Of a DNA stretch of 64,000 bases, positions 1-9,999 are shown piece after piece (position 1 is the first letter of the stretch; the number at the start of each line of letters is the position of its first letter). The stretch covers positions 28,954,001-29,018,000 of the forward strand of contig OX597819.1 of the NCBI GenBank assembly GCA_951406725.2, written 5' to 3'. The notes under the pieces are model-generated. The model had not been told where the DNA came from, did not search any database, and saw only the letters and a program-made list of their open reading frames with translations. The translations under genes were made by a program, and so were the position numbers. This DNA comes from Octopus vulgaris. Lineage: Eukaryota.

Positions 1-786
1 ATGTGTGTATAGGTGTATGAATGTGAACATGTGTGTGTGTGTGTCTATGAAAATAAATGTAAGCATGTGCATATAAGTAGGTGCATGTGTATGAGCATGT
101 GTTGTGTGTGTGCAGATACTATCTGGTGTATCTGTGCTGATATCATTTGGTGTGTGTGTGTGTGTGCTTTACTTGTATTGATCATTAAACACAAATGCTT
201 CACTTATCTTAAACACCATTAACAAATTGTCTGACACTAATTTGTATCAAATAAGAAATGGACAATTTTATATTAAATGAAATTGAAATCCGAAACATTT
301 CCTTTAAGCAAAGTCATGTAGTCTTGAAGAAATTGGTGCTTTTGTCTGATATGAGTCATTTAGTGTTCTTATTGGTTATGAACCAGAGAATGAAGGCAAA
401 AGACAGAAGCGGATTGATTCAGTGGGCCAGAAATGTAACTACCAGAGAGACTGAGAGAGCATAAGAAATAAGACGGTATGTTCTTGCATTATAATAAAGA
501 TGAATATTATTTATAACTAATATTATTCATTAAAAGCTTAATGAAACTAATATATCTATAAAAGCAAGTGACATATTCTGAAAGTTCCAATTTGTCTTTG
601 ATAGAGTTCTTTTCTTGATTCCCATTAACATTTTCAAAATCCTCATGTATCATCACTTAGATTAGTTGCCTCGTTACACAAATCAACATTTTGTTTGGTG
701 CTGTAGGTTAGTGAATTTTGAAGACGGTGCATAATGATATTTATGACCTGTTTCATGATGAACACCATCTGTCAAGTGAAACTAAC

Positions 787-1150
787 CCTCCTCCTCTTCC
801 TGCTCCTCCTCTTGTTCCTCCTCTTCCTGTTCCTCCTGTTCCTGCTCCTCCCCTCCTCTCCTCCTCCTCTTCATCTTCATCTTCCTCCTCTCCTCTCCTC
901 TTCCTCCTCTCCTCTTCCTCCTCCTCTTCTTCCTCTCCTCTTCCTCATCTCCTCTTCCTCCTCTCCTCTCCCTCCTCCTCTTCTTCCTCTCCTCTCCCTC
1001 CTCCTCTTCTTCCTCTCCTCTTCTTCCTCTCCTCTCCCTCCTCTCATCTTCCTCCTCTCATCTTCTTCCTCCTCCACTTCCTCCTCTCATCTTCCTCCTC
1101 TCCTCTTCCCCCTCCTCTCCTCCTCCTCCCCCTCCCACCACCACTACCAT
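787..1150. repeat. (CCT)n/(CTT)n polypyrimidine low-complexity tract
   Basis: About 360 bp almost entirely C/T on the plus strand. Confidence 0.95.
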
Positions 1151-1430
1151 ATCATTTAACATCTGTTTTCCATGCTGACATGGGTTGGAAAGGTTGATAG
1201 GAACTGGTAAGGCCAGGGGCTACATCAGGTTCCATAATCTGTTTTGACTTGGTTTCTATGGCTGGATGCCCTTCTTAACATCAACCAATTTACAGAGTGA
1301 ACAGGGTGCTTTTCAACATGGCACCACCATCAGTGCTTTTTGCATGGCATCAGCACCCACACACCAATGTTTTTACATGACACCTTAGTTTTAGGATATC
1401 AATTCTTGTTGTAGTGGGCTGGTCTTCTTG
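1148..1430 (-). mobile_element. 5'-truncated 3' end of the RTE LINE family (decayed)
   Basis: Matches the 3' region of the long RTE copies at 41186 and 29440-29727 (catttaac..ttttccatgct..catgggttgga...ggatgcccttc). Further short copies at about 11540-11790, 12070-12320(+), 12345-12480, 21078-21135, 23675-23790, 25578-25770, 43110-43325 and 53906-54053(+). Confidence 0.75.
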
Positions 1431-1905
1431 TGCGCAACAATCATATCTGTATTTTATTTGGTCCAATGAAGAGTGTCCATATCTATAGACTTTGCAAAGT
1501 TCTTCCAGGCATTAGACTCTGACATCATTGACACTCAGCTTGATCCTTTTATTAGTTTAATGATAAATACAGCCAAGGATTTGCAGGTCTGAGAGGCAGT
1601 ACTAGGTGAACTTTCTAGTTGTCATATTATTTAATCTCACCTTGTATCTTTCTCTTGTTTCAGTCATTGAACTGCAGCCATGCTTGGGTGCTGACTTGAA
1701 GGCTTTAGTTGAACAAGTCAACCATAGTACTTACTTTTTTTAAAGCCTGGTACCTATTTTATCAGTTATTGGAAGTCCCCATAACTGAACTGCCAAGTTA
1801 AGGGGATGTAAACACACCAAGATTGGTTGTCAAGTAGTGGTGAGGACAAATACGATACAATACAAAGACACAGACATAGTTTTATATATATAAATAAATA
1901 AATAA

Positions 1906-1909
<4 letters not shown>

Positions 1910-1958
<49 letters not shown>

Positions 1959-2071
1959 CAGTAATAATAATAGTAATGATAATAATAATAAGAAGAAGAA
2001 CAACAGTAATAATAATAGTAATGATAATAATAATAATAATAAGAAGAAGAACAGTAATAATAATAGTAATG

Positions 2072-2135
<64 letters not shown>

Positions 2136-2242
2136 CAGTAATAATAATAACAACAGTAATAATAATAACAACAGTAATAATAATAGTAATGATAATAATA
2201 ATAACAGTAATAATAATAACAACAGTAATAATAATAGTAATG

Positions 2243-2306
<64 letters not shown>

Positions 2307-2375
2307 CAGTAATAATAATAATAATGCTAATAATAATTATAATAATGATAATAATAATAACAACAACAATAATAA
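1910..2375. repeat. Compound (AAT)n microsatellite with higher-order units
   Basis: AAT runs with recurring AACAACAGT and AGTAATGAT interruptions. Confidence 0.95.
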
Positions 2376-2861
2376 TAAGCAATTCAACAGTGAAAAACGT
2401 TAGTCACACCATATAGAAAAAATAAATATACTATAAAAACCTTATTTTAAAAATCAATAAAGTACATAAACAATAAATAGTAAATAGCAATAAATTGGCT
2501 ATGCACATTTCATGGCTATATTTTTAAATAGATAATAATAATAAAATCAATTTGATTTAAAATTAAATCTATCTAAAATTTCATCAGGTCTAAATTAGTA
2601 ATAATAAAAATAATAATAAAATAAATGTACGTATCTTAACTCATAACAATTATCAAATATAGAAAAATATGTGTTTTAACAATAAATAATCAAAAAACAT
2701 TTAACAATAATACTTAAAATAAGACCATAACTTATTTTATTGAAGAATTTCTGTTTATTGTTTATGTACTTTATTGATTTTTAAAATAAGGTTTTTATAG
2801 TATATTTATTTTTTCTATATGGTCTTTCACTATTGAATTGCTTAATAGAGGTTTTTCTCTC

Positions 2862-2865
<4 letters not shown>
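2376..2865. mobile_element. Penelope-like terminal-repeat fragment with ~100-bp inverted arms and a decayed hammerhead
   Basis: 2376-2480 is the reverse complement of 2751-2844. The terminus resembles the element at 7645. The minus strand has CTGATGA...GAAATGTGCATA at 2590-2497. Flanked by (AAT)n and (TA)n. Confidence 0.6.
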
Positions 2866-2920
<55 letters not shown>

Positions 2921-2921
<1 letters not shown>

Positions 2922-2948
2922 TAGCTGACGTACCCGGTAATTCCTGGG
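2921..2948 (-). mobile_element. Helitron 3' terminus (5' extent not determined)
   Basis: Minus strand reads CCCAGGAATTACCGGG (imperfect hairpin), then TACGTCAG-CTAG|T. Confidence 0.55.
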
Positions 2949-3439
2949 AAAGTGGGGCTTATCTCTTGGTTCTGCTCTCATAATTGTTTAACTAATCCAA
3001 TAACAACAATACAAAGTATGTAGCCCTTCAAACGGTTTTTGTGCATTTACAGAGAATACCGAACTGTCTTACACAGGATCTCGTTTTTAGGAATTCCCAA
3101 TAAGTTATGAAAACTCAAATTGTGAAGTCAGTTATGTAATAACATGCTAATCAGATATGAGATAATAACAATTCTAAGTAAATAACTCTGAAAAGGGCTT
3201 TTGTACATTCCCAGAGAATATTACCCTCAGAGTTGGTATATTTGTGAATAACTCACTAAACAAAATAAGTGGATCTATTGTTTAGGAAAATACTATTTAC
3301 TTATTTAAAAGTTGAACTGGATAAATTGTAAAAATAACTCTAACAGTTCAAATATTAAGAAATAAGCATACTCAATTTAATTTTTACCTAATAATTTATA
3401 GGAAAATGAATGGATTATTTCCCTTGGCTATATGTAAGG

Positions 3440-3590
3440 ATACCTTCCAGGGGCCCAACTTTCTGACTTCTTTCACGGGGCTTAGAAAAACTAAAGGGCT
3501 ACTGCAATAAGTGTGTGAATCTTAGAAGGGAATATGTTGAATACATTTATAATTAACTGATCTGCCTGTATTTCCACCTGGCTATCTTAT
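3440..3590 (+). mobile_element. Mariner transposase C-terminal remnant
   Basis: Reads roughly GLEKL-CNKCVNLRREYVE, resembling the mariner C-terminal W-KC----G-YVE motif. Frameshifted. Confidence 0.45.
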
Positions 3591-4070
3591 CTTTTATTTA
3601 GACCAAACTATCTCTAAAAAAGTTTAACTAAATATAAGCACCAATCAATTACTCATAAAAAAACACATGAGCCAACAAGAGATCTTCTATGTGGTTGTTT
3701 AACATTCTAGAAATAACAGCTAAATCTCTCTCAGACTTCACTCTATTGTATTTAACTTAGTAGTTAAACTCATCGAACAGTGAACAATATAGTTTATATG
3801 TGATCAATGTGAAACACATAATTAATAGCTATCATCATCATCATTATTTTCACATATGTTTCTTCAACGTTGGTATATGTTGGATGAAGTTTTCTATGAC
3901 TCAATGCCTTTCCTGTCACTAACACTTACTTGTTTTACAAGTAAAATATTTTTGTTTCATTTATCTTTACACAAGGAAGCCACCAAGTTATGGAATGTAT
4001 TAATTGCAGCAGACATGAACAAGTGTCACTGTCTTTTCTTAAATGAAGACACATGGAAACAAGCAATTTT

Positions 4071-4079
4071 ACACACACA

Positions 4080-4122
<43 letters not shown>

Positions 4123-4244
4123 TCACATGCTCTCTTACGCACACACAGACACAGCTACACACACTTACACGTTCTCTCTCTCTCTCACACACACACACTC
4201 ACACTCTCTCTCTCGCTCTCTCTCTCTCGCTCTCTCTCTCTCGC

Positions 4245-4293
<49 letters not shown>

Positions 4294-4427
4294 GACACTC
4301 ACTCTCTCTCTCTTTCTCTCTCACACACAGACACACACACTCACATGCTCTCTGACACACACAGACACACACACAGACAGACACACACTCACACATTCTC
4401 TCTCTCTCTTTCACACACACACACTCA

Positions 4428-4464
<37 letters not shown>

Positions 4465-4602
4465 ACATGCTCTCTCACATGCACAGACACACACACTCAC
4501 ATGCTCTCTCTCTTTCTCACACACACACCCACACACTCTCTCTCTCTCACACACACACACTTACACTCTCTCTCTCTCACACATACACACACACACACAC
4601 AC
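4071..4602. repeat. Compound (CA)n/(CT)n microsatellite
   Basis: Alternating CA and CT blocks. Confidence 0.95.
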
Positions 4603-4945
4603 ACCACAAGATGCATATTGTAACAACTATCAATCAGGATACCAAATACAATTAATAACAGAAAAAAATTATACAAAAAATTGTAGAATTTGTAGAATTT
4701 GAAAGCCGAATCTGTCAACAAATCAAACTAAATATTTAATTTATTTGTGAGAGCATTATATTTATTCAAAGAAGACATAGAATTGTGGTTCTAATTATTC
4801 ACTAATTCAATGTTATTCTACAAAGTAATTAGTAGAGAACAGGCTGGATGAAATTTCAGGTAATAGCATTTTTTAAACTTTTTACTTTTTCAATCATAGG
4901 ATTGTGGCCATGCTAGAGCACTGCCTTGAAGATATGTACACATTG

Positions 4946-4981
<36 letters not shown>

Positions 4982-4985
<4 letters not shown>

Positions 4986-5460
4986 GGTTTGAAACTATAC
5001 AAAAATCAAAAGACAGAGACAGGTGAGGGAACAATAAAGAAGGAGATTTAGTTTGACACTCAAGAAGAATAAGAAAAGCCTTTGATGTTTCAAGCCTATG
5101 CACTTTTACAGAAAGAAATGAGGAGGAAGAAGAAAAATAGAAACAATATGTGTAATGTATGAAGTGTTCAAGAAGCTGAAGAGCTTCGTGAAGTGGTGGC
5201 AAAAGTCTGAAAAGTAGGTATAGGGAGGAGATGAGAGTCTGAGAGAGGAGGAGGTTCAATCAGGCAAGATGAAGCTGAGCTGGTCACATAAGCATATACA
5301 TGGTTCAAAATTATACAAAAGAAAAAAAAACCAAAAAAACAAAAGCGTGAGACAAGTGAGGGAACAATACACAAGGTGTATTAGTTTGATGCTCAAGAAA
5401 AATAAATGGCTTTGATGTTTTGAGCATATGCTCTTCTATAGAAAGGAATGAGGAAAGAAA
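4982..5460 (-). mobile_element. Two diverged tandem copies (~150 bp) of a Penelope-like terminal repeat with a decayed hammerhead-like core
   Basis: 4982-5125 and 5298-5458 align with each other. The cores (minus: CTGTAAA-AGTGC-ATAG-GCTT-GAAACATCA; CTATAGA-AGAGC-ATAT-GCTC-AAAACATCA) match copies at about 16599 and 45518. Confidence 0.5.
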
Positions 5461-5524
5461 ACAGATGGAGACAGGGAGAAAATGGAGAGATATATATATA
5501 CACACATGATGGGCTTCCACACAG

Positions 5525-5752
5525 CTTCTTATTTCTTTATTGCCCACAAGGGGCTAAACATAGAGGGGACAAACAAGGACAGACAAAGGGATTAAGTCGA
5601 TTACATCCACCCCAGTGTGTAACTGGCACTTAATTTATCGACCCCAAAAGGATGAAAGGCAAAGTCAATCTCGGCAGAATTTGAACTCAGAATGTAACAG
5701 CAGACGAAATACCTCTAAGCATTTCATCCGGCATGCTAATGTTTCTGCCAGT
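5525..5752 (-). mobile_element. tRNA-derived SINE family A (core resembles the Nin/Deu domain)
   Basis: Head CTGGCAGAA..GTTAGCA, B-box GAGTTCAAATTC, core GACTTTGCCTTTCATCCTTTCGGGGTCGATAAA. Other copies at about 12755-12955(-), 12989-13200(+), 19043-19260(+), 33190-33320(+), 33456-33670(+), 43850-44070(-), 44125-44330(-), 50965-51180(-) and 60945-61445(-, split). Confidence 0.85.
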
Positions 5753-6435
5753 TTCTGTCTATCAAATTCCTTCACATGGCATTGGTGGGCCAAAGAATAT
5801 AATAGAAGTCATTTTCCAAACCACATGATTGCAAAGCAAGCTTTTTAACTACACAGTCATGTTCGTGCTTAGATGAATTTTGAATTATGATAAATATTTT
5901 CTTTGAAAATACCACCTCATTTAGAAAAAGAAAAATTTGGTCTAAAGAATGTATATGAAAGCCATCTAATATAACATTATTTGGTTGAATGTCTGTTATA
6001 TCTATTGTGTGTACATTTGCCGGAAAATCTTCTTTCATAACACATAAAATTTATTGCATTATACAGAAAATTAAATAGATGTTGTCTATTGTTGCATTAT
6101 ACAGATAACTAAATAGATGTTGTCACAACAAAAATATTTTATTTTGAACTGAATCTTAATTAATGATAGTTGATGAAGCAAATACAATATTGTACTATAT
6201 AACCATCATATTTTTTATATAAAAAATTGTCAAAAGTTGTAGTTTTAACAAATTAATTTCATTCTTACATTGGTTTTTAAAATTATTTAAGCTCTTAGTG
6301 TATCTCCCTATGCAGCATAGACCATCAATGACTTTTCCCTACTGTTCTCAACTTTGGGTTGTCTTTTCTCCTTCTCTCAGTTGGATCCCTGCTTACTTGC
6401 AGCTTCATTTCAGACTTTTCTGTAATCCATTATAT

Positions 6436-6636
6436 CAGTGGTTTTCAACCAGGGTTCCGCCAGTAGAGTCCAGGGGTTCCGCAAGAAGTTACAAAAATGC
6501 TAAAATCGACATTAATTTTTAAATCTCCTGTGCAGATATGTGTGCATAAGACAATTAAATTATTGCACAGGGGTTCCTCGAGTCAGTGGAATGTTTCCTT
6601 GGGGTTCCGCTCCAGCAAAAAGGTTGAAAAGCACTG
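6436..6636. mobile_element. hAT (Charlie-type) MITE
   Basis: TIRs CAGTGGTTTTCAACC / GGTTGAAAAGCACTG. Perfect 8-bp TSD CATTATAT at 6428-6435 and 6637-6644. Internal GGGTTCC repeats. Confidence 0.92.
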
Positions 6637-6659
6637 CATTATATGCTTCCCTGAGAGAT

Positions 6660-6935
6660 AGAGAGAGAGAGAGAGAAAGGGCCTTCCTCTCTTAGGTCCT
6701 GTTGGATTTGAATTATCATTGATGCTCTTGTAATTTTGCTTTTTTCTGAGTGCCGATGCTGGCCCAATGCAAACTCAATTTTACCCTTGGGAAAAGTTGG
6801 TCCATATTTATCTGGCTTCTAACCTTTGACCAGTCTAGTATAGGAGGCCTTACCAAAAGCTTGCACTCCATTGGCATAGCTTTCCAGTTCATTGAGGCAC
6901 ATAAGCCACCAGATAACAAGGAGTGAACCTTGTGG
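6660..6935 (-). mobile_element. Non-autonomous RTE-derived element (5'UTR joined to a short tail)
   Basis: Head CCTTGTTAT..GCTTATGTGCCTCAATGAACTGGAAAGCTATGCC resembles RTE/Expander 5' ends. A related copy lies at 58878-59166(+). Confidence 0.45.
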
Positions 6936-7540
6936 TGGATTAATACATGGGTATATGAAAATATTCACATTTTGTACAAATAATATTGAGAAGTAGGACT
7001 TGATTCTTTTCTTCTTTTTTTATATATTTTACTTTTCTTTTATATCATAATTGATGAGCAATTGTATTATAGGCTACAGATCTTTAGTGAGACAATCATT
7101 ACAGTTATGAAGACAAGAGTAACTAGGGAGTTTTTGCATCTCAGTGAAAAGCAAACATCAATATTATTTAAGATGCACTATTTTTTTTCACTTTTTTTTT
7201 TTACATATTTTTGCCAATAACATATATTCATCTGTCTGTCTGTTTGTCTATCTATCTCTCTATATAGCTATATCTGTATTTAACAGTCTAAATGTATCTT
7301 CTTACCTACCTAACTTTCTACCTGTCTACCTACTTCCTACATACATATATGCATGTACGTATGTATATACATATGCATGTAAACACACACACACAGATAT
7401 ATTATATTAAAGTAATAAAGTAAATGTCCAGTCATAGAGTGACCAATTATTTTGCATTCACAAAGGCCTTAGCCTTCCTTGTGGACACCTTATCAGACTC
7501 TAAAGCTGAAAATATATATATGTGTGTGTGTATATATATA

Positions 7541-7586
<46 letters not shown>

Positions 7587-7607
7587 TATATATATATGTA
7601 TACATAT

Positions 7608-7644
<37 letters not shown>

Positions 7645-7648
<4 letters not shown>

Positions 7649-8158
7649 TAAATTAGAGACAAAACCACTATTATGCAAATCAAACAAAGAAAGACTTAAG
7701 CCAATACATAAATTAATTTATATTATTTAGAAATGTAACAATTATAATATCCACTACGATCGTTTCGTGTCTTCAGTCATCAAATCTATGAGTAGTAGAC
7801 ATTCATCAGGTGGTTTCTGAATCTAAAATATAATCAATATTTTTAAGATATAAATAATCTATAAAATCTAAAATAATAATTTACTTATAATAAACTCTAT
7901 TATTAAATATGATTATATCGAAATCGACTATAATGTTAAATATTAACTTTAATTTATAAGGTAGTAAATCCATATTCTAATGTCCATATTAGTCTATATC
8001 TACTTATATAGATATTTGAAATGACTAATATATATAAATTATCAATGAAAATATATATAAATATATAATATATAATATAATATTTTACTATAAAATTGGA
8101 TTCAATCCTAAATCTGATTTTTCCCTGTAAGTTTGGATTTATTCCCTAATTTTTATTA
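7645..8158 (-). mobile_element. Penelope-like non-coding element inserted in (TA)n, carrying a hammerhead ribozyme
   Basis: Bounded by TA microsatellite on both sides. Contains a hammerhead at 7751-7813. Terminus is homologous to 2376-2865. Confidence 0.65.
7751..7813 (-). ncRNA. Type I hammerhead ribozyme motif
   Basis: CCAC-CTGATGA-a-TGTCT(24 nt)AGACA-c-GAA-ACGATCGT-A-GTGG: 4-bp stem I, intact core, palindromic stem III, GUA cleavage triplet. The 10.1-11.1 position is an A.C mismatch. Confidence 0.75.
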
Positions 8159-8177
8159 TATATATATATATATATAT

Positions 8178-8704
8178 ATTAGTTATCGGCCATACTAATA
8201 TGGCATTCTTATAAAAATAAGAATAAAGCTGACCGCTTATTAGCTCCATGAGGCCATCGCCTTAAGTTAGCTATTTGATACACAAACTGTATCCATATAA
8301 CCTTTGAACAAGGGAGGTCAGTCGCTCCACACTACTTGGCCGGCAGCTACAGACGCGTTTCGGGGTATTGCCCCTTTTCAATGCAGCGTAGCCAAACCAG
8401 TAGGTGTCGCTTCTGACAATCTCTGTTCAAAGGTTTTATTTACCTAGCTTCGGTGGAATACATCCACTTGTTTTCAATAATAGATATATTAAAATTACTA
8501 AGTCTCTCTAAAAGAGAACAACGGATATATGGATACAGTTTGTGTATCAAACAGCTAACTTAAGGTGATGGCCTCATGGAGCTAATAAGCGGTCAGCTTT
8601 ATTCTTATTTTTATAAGAATGCCATATTAGTATGGCGATAACTAATATTTTCCGGGAACGCTGCCGTTGTTCTCTTTTAGAGAGACTTAGTAATTTTAAT
8701 ATAT
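8178..8704. mobile_element. Penelope-like element with interleaved inverted repeats, inserted in (TA)n
   Basis: 8178-8299 is the reverse complement of 8527-8647, and 8484-8524 is the reverse complement of 8664-8704. Contains a hammerhead at 8346-8387. Confidence 0.65.
8346..8387 (-). ncRNA. Minimal type I hammerhead ribozyme with U3-A8 core variant
   Basis: GCTGCA-TTGAAAA-GGGG-CAATA-CCCC-GAA-ACGCGT-C-TGTAGC: 6-bp stem I (one G.U), 4-bp stem II, palindromic stem III, GUC cleavage triplet. Confidence 0.75.
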
Positions 8705-8758
<54 letters not shown>

Positions 8759-8809
8759 TATATATATACACACACACACATATATGCATATATATACATA
8801 TATATATAT

Positions 8810-8858
<49 letters not shown>

Positions 8859-8949
8859 CACATATATATATGTATATACACACACACACACACATATATA
8901 TATGGCAATAATAAATCTCTGAGCGAGATGTAAACAGTAGCAGCAGGAC

Positions 8950-9172
8950 ATCGTGAAGTATATTTGCCACCTGAATGTGGCTGACCCATATGGGATGATG
9001 CCACTGTAGCCAGGCTAAGGATGGGAATGATGATTTCTCTTTGCAAATACTGATTAGGCACAGACAGTGTGTCATTAGCCCGCTGGAGGAGACGTCCTCC
9101 TAGTGCTATAAACTACAGTAGCATCGTTCCATATAGGCCAGCCACATTTAGGTGGCAAATATACTTCACGAT
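8950..9172. mobile_element. MITE/fold-back element with ~60-bp terminal inverted repeats
   Basis: ATCGTGAAGTATATTTGCCACCTGAATGTGGCTG...CTGTAG (8950-9009) is complementary to 9113-9172. Confidence 0.8.
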
Positions 9173-9605
9173 ATATATATATATAATTGAAACCCTTTTA
9201 TGGTCCAAAGTAGTCTCTTGTCATCACAACATACAATGATAATATATGTATGTATATAATTGTATATAATTAAGTATCTAAATTGGTATGTGTTTGAGAT
9301 ATAATGAAGTGAATTTCGATCGTTGTGGACCGCACTTACTTGATTGTATCACCTGTTAAAATGTTTTTGTTGTTTTTTAATTGTAATTGATGTAAGATTG
9401 AATAATTAATGCTCACACTCATAACACAGACATTTAAACTAATTTTTACAATCCAGCCATCCTTTCTGAACAGGTGACTTATATATAATTGAACTATGAT
9501 TATGTATATCAGAAAACATATATATAAGCTGAAACAACTTGTTGGACTTTTACAGTTTTTATAATTATTTTTATAATATTATGTTATGTTTTATGTTATA
9601 TATTA

Positions 9606-9999
9606 CTAGCAGTATCGCCCGGCGTTGCTCGGGTTTGTAAGGGAAATAACTATATAAGCATTTTTAGAGAGTTATAGCAAAAAAATAGCAAAAAAATGCA
9701 TTAAAAATAGAAAAAAATGATGGTAAATTTTTTTTAAATCGTTGACTCATCGTAGACATTTTTAGAGAGTTACTTCCCTTATATAATAGCGAAAAATGCA
9801 TTAAAATGGAAAAAAATGATGGTAAATTTTTTTTAAATCGTAGACTCATCGTAGACGCGTGCTAATACCCAGAAGGGCTCGATATGAATCACGACTATAA
9901 GATACCCGGTTTTGGTTAAACTGCACCATAAAATGTGGGAGTAGTTAGGAATCTAAATTGTAGGAGACAGACACACAACCTTACTTTTATATATAAAGA
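9606..9999 (-). mobile_element. Complete non-autonomous Helitron
   Basis: Minus strand: A|TCTTTATATATAAAAG ... CCCGAGCAACGCCGGG hairpin - CGATACTG-CTAG|T. A^T target, no TSD. Internal ~100-bp tandem duplication at 9659-9856. Confidence 0.9.

Noticed and set aside
718-1197. Pro/Ser/Leu-rich ORFs
   Set aside because: They are read through a (CCT)n tract into an RTE 3' fragment, are open in several frames and show no domain.
1830-2416. Poly-Leu/Ile 'membrane protein' ORFs
   Set aside because: (AAT)n microsatellite.
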